The notes under the pieces are model-generated. The model saw only the letters and a program-made list of their open reading frames with translations. It made no database searches and was not told the origin of the DNA. Both the position numbers and the translations under genes were made by a program. 32,000 nt of DNA from Trichlorobacter lovleyi SZ (GTDB lineage: Bacteria > Desulfobacterota > Desulfuromonadia > Geobacterales > Pseudopelobacteraceae), in the NCBI RefSeq assembly GCF_000020385.1, contig NC_010814.1, positions 810,001 through 842,000 of the forward strand, written 5' to 3'. The number at the start of each line of letters is the position of its first letter. The first letter of the stretch is position 1. Shown here piece after piece: positions 15,631 to 24,338 of the stretch.

Positions 15631-16104
15631 TCAATTTTCAGTCATGAAGTGCTGCTCGTAGAGATCCTCAAGGCGCTGCAGGTGTAATGACTCCTCGGCC
15701 TTGAGACGGGCAAACAGGGCTGCCATGGGGGCACCTGCGCAGCCGTCGGCAACACGGCCATAAAAATCGACAGCCCCTTTTTCCAGATGGATGGCATAGG
15801 CCAGGGCCTCCCGGACTCCGGAATCCGGGCCGAGATCCTGCTGCTTCAGGACATAGTCGAGATTCATGCTGGGGATCTCGCGCAGCATCTCGTCACTGCT
15901 GCTCACCTGGCCCTCAATCAGCGCCTTTTCCAACTGATGCTTGTGGTTGAGTTCGTCCAGGGCATTTTCCCGCAAAATCTCCTTTGCCCCCTTGTTCTGC
16001 ACCGCCTTGAGGGCGCGCAGATAGTTGCGGAATCCTTCCTCTTCCATGCTGATGGCGGTTTCCAGTGCTCCTTCAAAGGTGTAACAGGTTGCTGCATCGC
16101 TCAT
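15631..16104 (-). CDS. ferritin-like/rubrerythrin-type diiron four-helix-bundle protein (no rubredoxin domain)
   Basis: Two E...ExxH pairs (MEEEGF...DELNHKH and HLEKGA...EESLHLQ). GGAGG SD upstream. 22 nt upstream of the GGDEF gene on the same strand. Confidence 0.75.
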   Translation of the reverse strand: MSDAATCYTFEGALETAISMEEEGFRNYLRALKAVQNKGAKEILRENALDELNHKHQLEKALIEGQVSSSDEMLREIPSMNLDYVLKQQDLGPDSGVREALAYAIHLEKGAVDFYGRVADGCAGAPMAALFARLKAEESLHLQRLEDLYEQHFMTEN

Positions 16105-16173
16105 TGACTATACCTCCATGAAGTAGTGATGACGGGTCATACCGTACCATCTTTTTCAAAGAATGCCAGTTTC

Positions 16174-17241
16174 CTATGGGGCAGAAACCTCTGCGCCGAT
16201 CACGCGGATCGCTTCGTAGATTACCGTGTCATACTTGTCCTGGCTGATAGCCAGGGCAACGGCAGGGATCCGCAGGAGTGACTTGACAAAACCGAAACGC
16301 ACATCGCGGGGCAGCAGGGCAATATAGTTGATCAGGTGCTGCTCCTGGTCAGGCTCAAGCTGCGGCGTTAACTGCAACGTGGTAAGCAGGTCGTTGATGG
16401 TGGCTGCCTGGACATCATCACGCTGTGCGGCTGCCCGCTGGGCGGCGTTGTCCCAGTCATCAAGCACCTCCCGTGCCGTCAGGGGGCGCCCCTCCCGGTC
16501 TGCAAGCCAGCGCATGAAGGTGATTGCAGCCTCTTTGCCGATGATGCCGGCATAGACCTCCATGGCCAGGTCACCTGGAAAGCGGCAGTGCTGGCGCAGG
16601 GTGCTGACCATCTCCCAGCCACGCTCGGTCGGCTCGACCTGCATATCCATGGCAGCACCCTGTTTGGCCAGCAGGGCGCTGTTGCCGGCCAGAAAACCGC
16701 GTACCTCGCTGTCCAGTTCACGGCTGGCGGCATAACGTGCCCAGCATTGGAAATCGCTCTCAACATAGAGCATCACCATCCGGTCAATCAGGGCGCGGTC
16801 AAGGGTGGCAACCTGGTAGGTGCCGTCCGGCGGGTTGATGGTGACTACCACCTTGTGACGGGTGGCGAGGCGGTGGGTATGCAGGGCGCGCTGCAACCCC
16901 TCGGTGGGGGGCTCTACAAACTGGAAAATCGCCTGCAGGGTGTCCTCCTGCTGTGCCCGGTTCAGCTCATCACAGTGCACCAGTGTCGGGGGGGCTTCAT
17001 CCGCAGGCCACCAAGAGGGGCGGGACCAGTGCATGACATTGTCTTCGCGAAACGGGATGCCAACCAGATCACCTACCTCCATTTGTCCCAGGCGCAGGGG
17101 GGCATAGCGCCAGCCGATCTCCCGGCAGACCTGCACAATACCGGCTGTCTTGCCGACCCCCCGGTGTCCCACCACGCAGGGAGTCAGGTCGGTTTTGGTC
17201 AGGATCTCTTTCAAAACGAGTTTCATCTGTTCAATATTCAT
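16174..17241 (-). CDS. MoxR/AAA_5-like AAA+ ATPase with an uncharacterised C-terminal half
   Basis: Walker A GHRGVGKT, Walker B LVHCDELNRA, and LDRALIDR (sensor/Arg region). The track start 17301 was trimmed to ATG 17241, which has AAGGAGG 9 nt upstream. Confidence 0.8.
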   Translation of the reverse strand: MNIEQMKLVLKEILTKTDLTPCVVGHRGVGKTAGIVQVCREIGWRYAPLRLGQMEVGDLVGIPFREDNVMHWSRPSWWPADEAPPTLVHCDELNRAQQEDTLQAIFQFVEPPTEGLQRALHTHRLATRHKVVVTINPPDGTYQVATLDRALIDRMVMLYVESDFQCWARYAASRELDSEVRGFLAGNSALLAKQGAAMDMQVEPTERGWEMVSTLRQHCRFPGDLAMEVYAGIIGKEAAITFMRWLADREGRPLTAREVLDDWDNAAQRAAAQRDDVQAATINDLLTTLQLTPQLEPDQEQHLINYIALLPRDVRFGFVKSLLRIPAVALAISQDKYDTVIYEAIRVIGAEVSAP

Positions 17242-17413
17242 GCTGCAGCAGCCTCCTTGCATCGAGTCTAAAATGATAGATGAAAGAGTGGATTGGTTCA
17301 AGCGCTATTGGACTAATTTGCTCTTTTTACATTGCTTTCTTGTTGTTAATGTATTCTGTGCTACATAGATGCAAACAGAAACGATACGGGCAGAAAAGAT
17401 AAGGATACCTGTC

Positions 17414-20011
17414 ATGACTGATGCCGCTTCAGATCGTTGGGGCCTGCGCCAGATTCTGGCTCTGGTGCTGCTGGTTGCCGCTTCACTACTGGGTAATGTT
17501 CTGGCCCCGCAGCTTTTTACCGGTTTTAATTATCTGCTGGGCAGTATCGGTGTGATGCTGGTGTTGCGGCTGTTCGGCATTGTTCCGGCTCTCTGCGCGG
17601 CCTTGCTTGCTGCAGTGTGGTGCAAACAGCTTTTCGGACATTATTATCCGCTGCTCTGGCTGGGGTTGGAGCCGCTCTTTGTCGGGCTCTGGTTGAGGCG
17701 GCGCCCGCAGGACAGCTTGATCATGGCAGATCTGTTCTACTGGCTGACTGCCGGTCTGCCGCTGCTGGTTTTTGTGTTTGTTGCCGTCCTCAAGGTCGCA
17801 GCCCTGGGAACCGCTGCTGCGGCACTGATGTATTTGACCATTGGCGTTACCAATGCCCTGGTTGCAACGCTGCTGCTCAGCCAGTTTTCCCTTGAGCAGC
17901 GGGTCTGGCCGCAGCGTTCTGTTGCTACCGTGAGCATCTCCCAACTGATCTTTCAGGTCTTGATGCTGGCTGTTGTGTTGCCGGCCCTGCTGGTGCTGGT
18001 ACTGACCGGCAGGAACCGTGAAGCGTCCGTAAAACAGAAGATGTTTGATACCCTTGAGATCAAGGCTCGACAGATCGGCCAGGAGGTGCGTCAAAAGATC
18101 TTTCATGGGGTCTATCCTGCGATCTTTGGCCAGGAACATCGTGCACTGCTGGATGTAACGGCTATTACGCAGGTGCTGAAGAATATTCAGCCCAATCAGG
18201 ATGTGCAGCTGCATCTGCTGGCGAATCAGGGAGAGGTGATCGCCTCCACCGATCAGGCGGTTGCAGGGCTGCCCAGCTATGATCCGCTGAGTGGTGGTGC
18301 TGTCCGTTCAACCGACCGGGAACAGCTCTACCAGCGTATGCCGCCTAATAACCCGCCGGTGCCGCTCTGGCAACGGGCAGGGCGAAGTGCCTTTATCCGT
18401 GTTAATCATTTTCCCGGAACAACGGTCTATGCCATTGCAGAGACCCGCTTTGCTCCGTACCAGGCCCAGATACTGAAAGGGCATCGCAACGCCCTTGCCG
18501 CGCTGCTGCTGTATCTGGCAGTCGGCGCCGTGCTGGCTTCGCTGGTGGCACGTAAGATTGCGAAACCTCTGGAACAGTTGTCAAAAACCACAACCGACCT
18601 GCCGGGCAAGCTGGTGTCCGAAGACCTTGTCTGGCCTGACAGCACGATCGTTGAGATTGGCAGCCTTGTTGAGAATGCCCGCCAGATGGCCCGTACGCTG
18701 GGCAGCCAGTTCCGGGAGATCGCCCGGATCAACTCTGAACTTGAAGAGCGTGTTGAGCTGCGAACCCATGAACTGCGTGAAAGCAACCAGTCGTTACGCC
18801 GTGAGATTGATGAGCGGATTACCGCAGAACGCCAGCGTGATCATTTGATGGATGAACTGACCATCCAGCTCCGCTTTTTGCAGACCCTGATGGATGCCAT
18901 CCCCAATCCGATCTATTTCAAGGATACCAGGGGGCAGTACCAGGGGTTCAACCAGGCCTTCGGGCAGGCGCTGGGAGTTGTCCGTGAGCAGGTTATCGGC
19001 AGGACTGCCGACGCGCTCTACCCCCCCGACATTGCCGCGTTTCACCGTGACAAGGATACTCAGCTCTTCACTGAGGGGGGGGTGCAACAGTATGAAACAG
19101 ATCTGATCTATGCCGACAGGAAGGCACATACGATCATTGTCAACAAGGCTACCTATCACAGCCTGTCCGGTGATCTGGCCGGATTGATCGGTGTGTTTGT
19201 TGATATTACCGAGCGCAAACGGGCTGAACTGGAGCGCGACCGGTTGATGCGGGAACTGGAGGCCAAGAATAACGAGCTGGAGGGAATTATCTATGTTGCA
19301 TCCCATGACCTGCGTTCGCCGCTGGTCAACATTCAGGGTTTCAGCCGTAAACTGGCAAAAAACTTTACGGTACTCAGCAAGCATCTGGCCGGGATCGAAC
19401 TGCCGCCGGAGCAGCGGGATGAGCTGCTGAAGCTGCTGACCGAGAGCATGCCCCGCTCAGTCGAGTTCATTACCGGCAGTGTCGAGAAGATGGACAGCCT
19501 GCTGTCAGGCCTGTTACGGCTCTCCCGGCTGGGGCGTGCCGCCATAGCTATAGAAAACCTTGACATGAATCTCTTAATGAGCAAAATAACTAATTCTCTT
19601 GCCTATCAGATTGAATCAGCCGGAGCGCGGATAACCGTCAAAGAGCTGCTGCCCTGTCAGGGGGATGCGGTTCAGGTCAGTCAGGTCTTTACCAACCTGC
19701 TGGATAACGCAATCAAATACCGCATGCCGGAGCGGCCCCTTGAGGTGCTGATATCAAGTACCGTCTGTGATGATGGGATCCGGTACTGTGTCAGAGATAA
19801 TGGTATCGGTATCCCGTCTGACTATCAGGAACAGGTCTGGGAGATCTTCCATCGCATCAACCCGCGTGATATTCCGGGAGAAGGGCTGGGGCTGACCGCG
19901 TCCCGCAGGATACTGGACCGCTTGAATGGCGCTATCTGGCTTGAATCCGGGGAGGGCACCGGGAGCAGTTTTTTTGTCAGGCTGCCTGCTCAACAGGAGC
20001 TGAAAGGATGA
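17414..20011 (+). CDS. multi-pass membrane sensor histidine kinase (membrane sensor region, HAMP/coiled coil, PAS, HisKA, HATPase_c)
   Basis: About 6 N-terminal hydrophobic helices, an extracytoplasmic-looking segment, another TM, and a PAS block (IPNPIYFKD...GVFVDITERK). H-box ASHDLRSPL, N-box NLLDNAIKY, DNGIGIP, GEGLGL. ATG 17414 has an AAGGA SD; the alternative ATG 17369 has none. Confidence 0.9.
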   Translation: MTDAASDRWGLRQILALVLLVAASLLGNVLAPQLFTGFNYLLGSIGVMLVLRLFGIVPALCAALLAAVWCKQLFGHYYPLLWLGLEPLFVGLWLRRRPQDSLIMADLFYWLTAGLPLLVFVFVAVLKVAALGTAAAALMYLTIGVTNALVATLLLSQFSLEQRVWPQRSVATVSISQLIFQVLMLAVVLPALLVLVLTGRNREASVKQKMFDTLEIKARQIGQEVRQKIFHGVYPAIFGQEHRALLDVTAITQVLKNIQPNQDVQLHLLANQGEVIASTDQAVAGLPSYDPLSGGAVRSTDREQLYQRMPPNNPPVPLWQRAGRSAFIRVNHFPGTTVYAIAETRFAPYQAQILKGHRNALAALLLYLAVGAVLASLVARKIAKPLEQLSKTTTDLPGKLVSEDLVWPDSTIVEIGSLVENARQMARTLGSQFREIARINSELEERVELRTHELRESNQSLRREIDERITAERQRDHLMDELTIQLRFLQTLMDAIPNPIYFKDTRGQYQGFNQAFGQALGVVREQVIGRTADALYPPDIAAFHRDKDTQLFTEGGVQQYETDLIYADRKAHTIIVNKATYHSLSGDLAGLIGVFVDITERKRAELERDRLMRELEAKNNELEGIIYVASHDLRSPLVNIQGFSRKLAKNFTVLSKHLAGIELPPEQRDELLKLLTESMPRSVEFITGSVEKMDSLLSGLLRLSRLGRAAIAIENLDMNLLMSKITNSLAYQIESAGARITVKELLPCQGDAVQVSQVFTNLLDNAIKYRMPERPLEVLISSTVCDDGIRYCVRDNGIGIPSDYQEQVWEIFHRINPRDIPGEGLGLTASRRILDRLNGAIWLESGEGTGSSFFVRLPAQQELKG

Positions 20012-20484
20012 TTCAGACGCTCATGGAAAAACTGGCCAAAAGTGAAGTTACCATTCTGATTGCCGAGGATGATGACGGGCATGCCGAGCTGATTGTTGAT
20101 AATCTGCGGGAAGCCGGTCTGACCAACGAGATTGTCCGTTTCCGGGACGGGCAGGAGGCCCTGGATTTTCTGACCGGCGTGCCGGGGACACCGGAAACCC
20201 GCCAAAACGGTACCGCCTATCTGCTGCTGCTGGATATCCGTATGCCGCGGGTGGACGGGGTTGAGGTGCTGCGGCGCGTCAAGGTCGTGCCGGAACTGCA
20301 TAAAATGCCGGTGATTATGCTGACCACCACCGATGATCCCCGTGAGGTTCAGAACTGCTACGAGCTCGGCTGCAGCTGCTATATCACCAAACCGGTGGAT
20401 TATGACCGTTTCTCGGAGATGCTGCACCGGCTGGGGCTGTTCCTGATGGTGGTGCAGGTGCCGGATATTAACGGAAAGGCATAA
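20008..20484 (+). CDS. stand-alone response regulator receiver protein (CheY-like)
   Basis: ILIAEDDD, LLLLDIRMPRVDG (phospho-acceptor Asp), MLTT and ITKP, with no output domain. ATGA overlap with the kinase. Confidence 0.9.
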   Translation: MIQTLMEKLAKSEVTILIAEDDDGHAELIVDNLREAGLTNEIVRFRDGQEALDFLTGVPGTPETRQNGTAYLLLLDIRMPRVDGVEVLRRVKVVPELHKMPVIMLTTTDDPREVQNCYELGCSCYITKPVDYDRFSEMLHRLGLFLMVVQVPDINGKA

Positions 20485-20490
20485 CATTCT

Positions 20491-22320
20491 ATGTGCGGTA
20501 TTGTTGGCTATATTGGAGAACAGGAAGCAACCCCGATCATTTTTGAGGGACTGCGCAAGCTGGAATACCGCGGTTATGATTCTGCCGGTATCGCCACGTT
20601 GCAGCCTGATGATATTGCGGTGCGTCGCAGTGAAGGCAAACTGCTTAATCTGGAGAAGCTGCTGCGGGAACAGCCGCTGGCCGGTTCCATCGGCATCGGC
20701 CATACCCGCTGGGCCACCCATGGACGCCCTTCCGAGACCAACGCCCATCCCCACCGGGCCGGTTCCATCGTGGTGGTACATAACGGCATTATTGAAAACT
20801 ACCTTAGCCTGAAGGAACAACTGCAGGCGGCAGGACACGAGTTTTCCAGTCAGACCGATACCGAGGTGATCGCCCATCTGGTGGAGGAACGTCTGAAAAC
20901 AGCCGGTTCCTTTGAGGTCGCGGTCCGTACCGCCCTGCAGGAGCTGCAGGGGGCCTTTGCGGTCTGTATCCTCTGCAAGGATCAACCTGACACCCTGATT
21001 GCGGCCAAGGCCGGCTCACCGATGGTGGTCGGCCTGGGACAGGGGGAGTTTTTTGTTGCCTCCGATATCCCTGCCATTCTGGCCCATACCCGTGAGATGG
21101 TCTTTATGGAGGATGGCGAGCTGGCGGTCTTTAACGGCCGGTCAGCCCGCTTCTCCACCATTGCCGGAGCGCCGCTGGAGAAGAAGGCACGGCATATCGA
21201 CTGGTCGCCCCTGATGGCGGAAAAGGGGGGCTACAAGCATTTCATGCTGAAGGAGATCCACGAGCAGCCCCGGGCAGTCCGGGATACCATTGCCGGGCGT
21301 TTGCTGGAGCAGCAGGGGGATGTCCATCTGGAGGACCTGGGCTACGCTGACGCCGCTCTGCAGACCGTGCAGCGGATGGTCATCGTGGCCTGCGGCACCT
21401 CCTGGCACGCTGCCCTGACCGGCAAGTTTCTGATCGAGGGGCACTGCCGTATCCCGGTTGAGGTCGATATTGCCTCGGAATTCCGCTACCGCAACCCGGT
21501 AATAGATGAAAAAACGCTGGTGATGGTCATCTCCCAGTCCGGCGAAACCGCCGATACCCTGGCAGCCCTGCGGGAGGCCAGGAAGCTGGGGGCCATGAAC
21601 CTGGCCATCTGCAACGTGCTGGATTCATCCATTGCCCGTGACGCAGCCGGGGTGATCTACACCCATGCCGGTCCGGAGATCGGTGTGGCCTCCACCAAGG
21701 CCTTTGTGACCCAGTTAACTGCGCTCTACCTGTTTACCATCCGTCTTGGCCGGGCCATCGGCCGTTTGAGTGTGACAGAGGGGCAGCAGATGATTGCCGA
21801 TCTGAAAAAGGTGCCGGAACTGCTGGAGCAGACCCTGAAACTGAACGGCCAGACCGAAAAGATCGCCCGCCAGTACATGAACGCCCGTGACTTCCTCTAC
21901 CTGGGCCGGGGCAGGAACTTCCCGATCGCCCTGGAAGGTGCGCTCAAACTGAAGGAGATCTCCTACATCCACGCGGAAGGGTATCCTGCCGGCGAGATGA
22001 AGCATGGCCCGATCGCCCTGATTGACGAGTATGTGCCGGTGGTGGTGCTGGTGCCGAAGAACAGTACCTACGAAAAGACCGTCTCCAACATGGAAGAGGT
22101 GGTCGCACGCAGCGGCCGGGTGATCGCCCTCTGCAGCGAAGGTGACCATGAGGTGCAGGATAAGGCCGAGGCAACGCTGCAACTACCAGGGCTTAGTGAT
22201 GACCTTGACCCGATCCTGCTGTCGGTGCCGTTGCAACTGCTGGCCTACCATATTGCTGTGTTAAAAGGTACTGACGTGGATCAGCCACGCAATCTTGCCA
22301 AGAGCGTGACAGTGGAATAA
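20491..22320 (+). CDS. glmS: glutamine--fructose-6-phosphate aminotransferase (isomerising)
   Basis: [10 protein letters not shown]-terminal nucleophile Cys, two SIS domains (SQSGETADT), and the canonical C-terminus NLAKSVTVE. 609 aa, full length. Confidence 0.97.
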   Translation: MCGIVGYIGEQEATPIIFEGLRKLEYRGYDSAGIATLQPDDIAVRRSEGKLLNLEKLLREQPLAGSIGIGHTRWATHGRPSETNAHPHRAGSIVVVHNGIIENYLSLKEQLQAAGHEFSSQTDTEVIAHLVEERLKTAGSFEVAVRTALQELQGAFAVCILCKDQPDTLIAAKAGSPMVVGLGQGEFFVASDIPAILAHTREMVFMEDGELAVFNGRSARFSTIAGAPLEKKARHIDWSPLMAEKGGYKHFMLKEIHEQPRAVRDTIAGRLLEQQGDVHLEDLGYADAALQTVQRMVIVACGTSWHAALTGKFLIEGHCRIPVEVDIASEFRYRNPVIDEKTLVMVISQSGETADTLAALREARKLGAMNLAICNVLDSSIARDAAGVIYTHAGPEIGVASTKAFVTQLTALYLFTIRLGRAIGRLSVTEGQQMIADLKKVPELLEQTLKLNGQTEKIARQYMNARDFLYLGRGRNFPIALEGALKLKEISYIHAEGYPAGEMKHGPIALIDEYVPVVVLVPKNSTYEKTVSNMEEVVARSGRVIALCSEGDHEVQDKAEATLQLPGLSDDLDPILLSVPLQLLAYHIAVLKGTDVDQPRNLAKSVTVE

Positions 22321-22385
22321 ACGACCTGTCCAAGAAAATGGTGAAGATGAACAGATTTTGACATAAAAACGTAACAATTATTTTG

Positions 22386-22414
22386 TTGACAGCTGCATAT
22401 CGTTCCGTTACTTT
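22386..22414 (+). promoter_or_regulatory. sigma70-type promoter for the riboswitch-led operon
   Basis: TTGACA (22386-22391), 17-nt spacer, TACTTT (22409-22414). This places a start site a few nt before the riboswitch P1 stem. Confidence 0.45.
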
Positions 22415-22420
22415 CCGCTC

Positions 22421-22527
22421 ACGTAAAGGGGAGTAGCCACCGGCCGGAGAAATGGCCGCCCCGTATCCGTCAATACGACCAACCGGTCCGGATATGGGAC
22501 GAGAAATCGACCGCAAGACCTTTACCC
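22421..22527 (+). promoter_or_regulatory. yybP-ykoY (Mn2+) riboswitch aptamer
   Basis: 5' core GUAAAGGGGAGUAGCC, internal GUCAAUAC, and 3' core GCAAGACCUUUACCC match the conserved blocks of the yybP-ykoY motif as I remember them. P1 is GUAAAGG (22423-22429) paired with CCUUUAC (22519-22525). A TerC-family gene lies downstream in the same operon. Confidence 0.8.
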
Positions 22528-22569
22528 AAACGATTAATTATCGTTATGGGTAAAGGTCTTTTTTGTTTT
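22516..22569 (+). terminator. intrinsic terminator forming the riboswitch expression platform
   Basis: AGACCTTTACCC (22516-22527) pairs with GGGTAAAGGTCT (22548-22559), with inner ACGAT/ATCGT pairing, followed by TTTTTGTTTT. The 5' arm shares the P1 3' strand, so P1 and the terminator are mutually exclusive (Mn2+-ON logic). Confidence 0.8.
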
Positions 22570-22633
22570 CCGGATTGTTTTTCACGAGGTGCAGCACCGC
22601 TGCCACTCAACTACACACCAGGAGGTTGTACCA

Positions 22634-22858
22634 ATGCCATACCGTATGAAGTCAACCAACAAGGAACCGCGTAAAGAATGCAAGGACATGAAAAAAGAGA
22701 GAACAGCAAAAAACATTGTCAGTCTTACGCTATCTGACAAGGAGCGGAGAGTCATGGAACGTATTACCAAGGCAACGTCAAAAGAGGCTTCAGACGTTAT
22801 CAGAGAGGCGTTCAGCTTCTGGATTTCTAGGCGTCAACGACTCTGTCTGGACGTCTAG
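22634..22858 (+). CDS. small ribbon-helix-helix (CopG/Arc/MetJ-like) protein with Lys-rich N-terminal tail
   Basis: AGGAGG SD 8 nt before ATG 22634. NIVSLTLSDKERRVMERITKATSKEASDVIREAFSFWI fits the beta-strand/helix/helix RHH pattern. Confidence 0.55.
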   Translation: MPYRMKSTNKEPRKECKDMKKERTAKNIVSLTLSDKERRVMERITKATSKEASDVIREAFSFWISRRQRLCLDV

Positions 22859-22937
22859 TATACCATTCACAGGAAATAAATCGGTTATCAACAAGGCCAG
22901 AAAACTGGCAGAACCAAACTGAAAGGAGCATTAATCC

Positions 22938-23228
22938 ATGCACTGTCCCGTCTGTCCTGAAACAAACCTGGTCATGTCGGATCGCCAGGGAGTGGAAATT
23001 GATTATTGTCCCAAATGCCGTGGCGTCTGGCTTGACCGGGGAGAGCTGGACAAGATAATCGAGCGTTCAGCAGCTCAGGAAGCATCGGCACAGCCTGTAT
23101 ATCAGCAGGCAGCCCAGTACCAGCAGCCTCCACAGCAGCATGGACATTATTCAGATAAACACCATGGTCACGGCCATGGCTACCGGTACAAGAAAAAGAA
23201 ATCGTTTCTGGAAGAGCTTTTTGATTAA
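22938..23228 (+). CDS. TFIIB-type zinc-ribbon protein with Gln/His-rich linker and KKKKSFLEELFD tail
   Basis: CPVCx16CPKC four-Cys ribbon followed by GVWLDRGELDKI, typical of this small-protein family. The tail reads HGHYSDKHHGHGHGYRYKKKKSFLEELFD. AAAGGAG SD upstream. Confidence 0.75.
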   Translation: MHCPVCPETNLVMSDRQGVEIDYCPKCRGVWLDRGELDKIIERSAAQEASAQPVYQQAAQYQQPPQQHGHYSDKHHGHGHGYRYKKKKSFLEELFD

Positions 23229-23233
23229 TGCCC

Positions 23234-23267
23234 AGTTCCCTGGTGGCCGAAAAGCCATCAGGGAACT
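23234..23267 (+). other. intercistronic stem-loop between the zinc-ribbon gene and terC-like gene
   Basis: AGTTCCCTG (23234-23242) pairs with CAGGGAACT (23259-23267), with inner TGGC/GCCA pairing. No following T-run. Confidence 0.35.
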
Positions 23268-23287
23268 TACAAGAAAAGGATACTCTC

Positions 23288-24229
23288 ATGTCTTCTCATG
23301 TCGTCTTGTGGGGCGCATTTACGCTGTTGGTGGTTGTCATGTTGGCCGTTGATCTGGGCATGAACCGCAAGAGCCATCAGGTGTCATTCAAAGAGGCACT
23401 GGGTTGGAGCCTGGTCTGGGTGGGGCTTGCCCTGGTATTTAATGTCGGCATCTACTTTATGATGGGCAAGCAACCGGCCCTTGAGTTCCTGACCGGCTAC
23501 CTGATTGAAAAGTCGCTCTCGGTTGACAACCTGTTTGTCTTCATCATGATCTTTACGGTCTTTGGCGTTAAGGGAGAGCTCCAGGCACGGGTGTTGAAGT
23601 GGGGTATCCTGGGCGCCCTGGTCATGCGGGTAGTCTTCATCTTTGTGGGGGCTGAACTGCTGCAGCGCTTTCAGTGGCTGTTCTATATCTTTGGCGCGAT
23701 ACTGCTCTACACCGCCTGGAAGATGGCCTTTGGCCCCAGCCATGAAATGGATCCGGACAAAAACATTATCGTGCGTTTTGCCCGCAAGTTCCTGCCGATG
23801 ACCAGAAAGATCAGGGGAGACTGGTTTTTTACCCGGCGTCTGCAACTCTGGGTGGCCAGCCCGCTGTTTATGGTGCTGCTGGTGGTGGAGGCAAGTGACC
23901 TGGTCTTTGCACTTGATTCCATACCGGCTATTTTTGCGATTACCCTTGACCCGTTCATTGTGCTGACCTCCAATGTCTTTGCCATCATGGGACTACGGTC
24001 GCTGTACTTTCTGCTGGCCGGTGTGATGGGGATGTTTATTTACTTGAAGTACGGCATCTCCTTTATCCTCGGATTTGTAGGCATCAAGATGATCCTGATC
24101 ATGCTGGGGATGCATATACCGGTTGCACTGTCACTAGGCATTATTGTGCTGAGTCTGCTGGTGGCGGTGGTGGCATCGCTACTCTCGGCAAAAAATACGA
24201 TTAACCTTGCCAGCCAAGAGGCTGGATAA
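23288..24229 (+). CDS. TerC-family integral membrane protein (Alx/YkoY-like putative Mn2+ exporter)
   Basis: EKSLSVDNLFVFIMIF and a second LVFALDSIPAIFAIT repeat motif, multiple TM helices. ATG 23288 (AAAGGA SD) gives the usual short N-terminus. The track start 23228 (TAATG overlap) is the alternative. Confidence 0.9.
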   Translation: MSSHVVLWGAFTLLVVVMLAVDLGMNRKSHQVSFKEALGWSLVWVGLALVFNVGIYFMMGKQPALEFLTGYLIEKSLSVDNLFVFIMIFTVFGVKGELQARVLKWGILGALVMRVVFIFVGAELLQRFQWLFYIFGAILLYTAWKMAFGPSHEMDPDKNIIVRFARKFLPMTRKIRGDWFFTRRLQLWVASPLFMVLLVVEASDLVFALDSIPAIFAITLDPFIVLTSNVFAIMGLRSLYFLLAGVMGMFIYLKYGISFILGFVGIKMILIMLGMHIPVALSLGIIVLSLLVAVVASLLSAKNTINLASQEAG

Positions 24230-24338
24230 CAGAACAAAACAAGTTGCCTTAAATTTAATGGACGCTGGAAGGAGATCATCAAGGACAAGCTGAATGCCAT
24301 CAAGGTATTAAAATGCTGATAACAGGGAGGTAGTCAAA

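Noticed and set aside
19545-19625. Short AT-rich island inside the histidine kinase gene containing TTGACA (19560-19565), considered as an internal promoter for the receiver/glmS genes.
   Set aside because: No acceptable -10 hexamer lies at 16-18 nt spacing. The segment encodes a normal linker/helix (ENLDMNLLMSKITNSLAYQIE) of the kinase.
20485-20490. glmS ribozyme or other leader upstream of glmS.
   Set aside because: Only 6 nt separate the receiver gene stop from the glmS ATG, which leaves no room for a structured leader.
22421-22527. GEMM-I (c-di-GMP/cGAMP) riboswitch, common in Geobacter-like genomes, or a ykkC/guanidine riboswitch.
   Set aside because: The sequence lacks the GEMM tetraloop/receptor-type cores I recall. 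It carries the AAAGGGGAGUAG ... GCAAGACCUUU cores of yybP-ykoY instead, and a TerC gene lies downstream.
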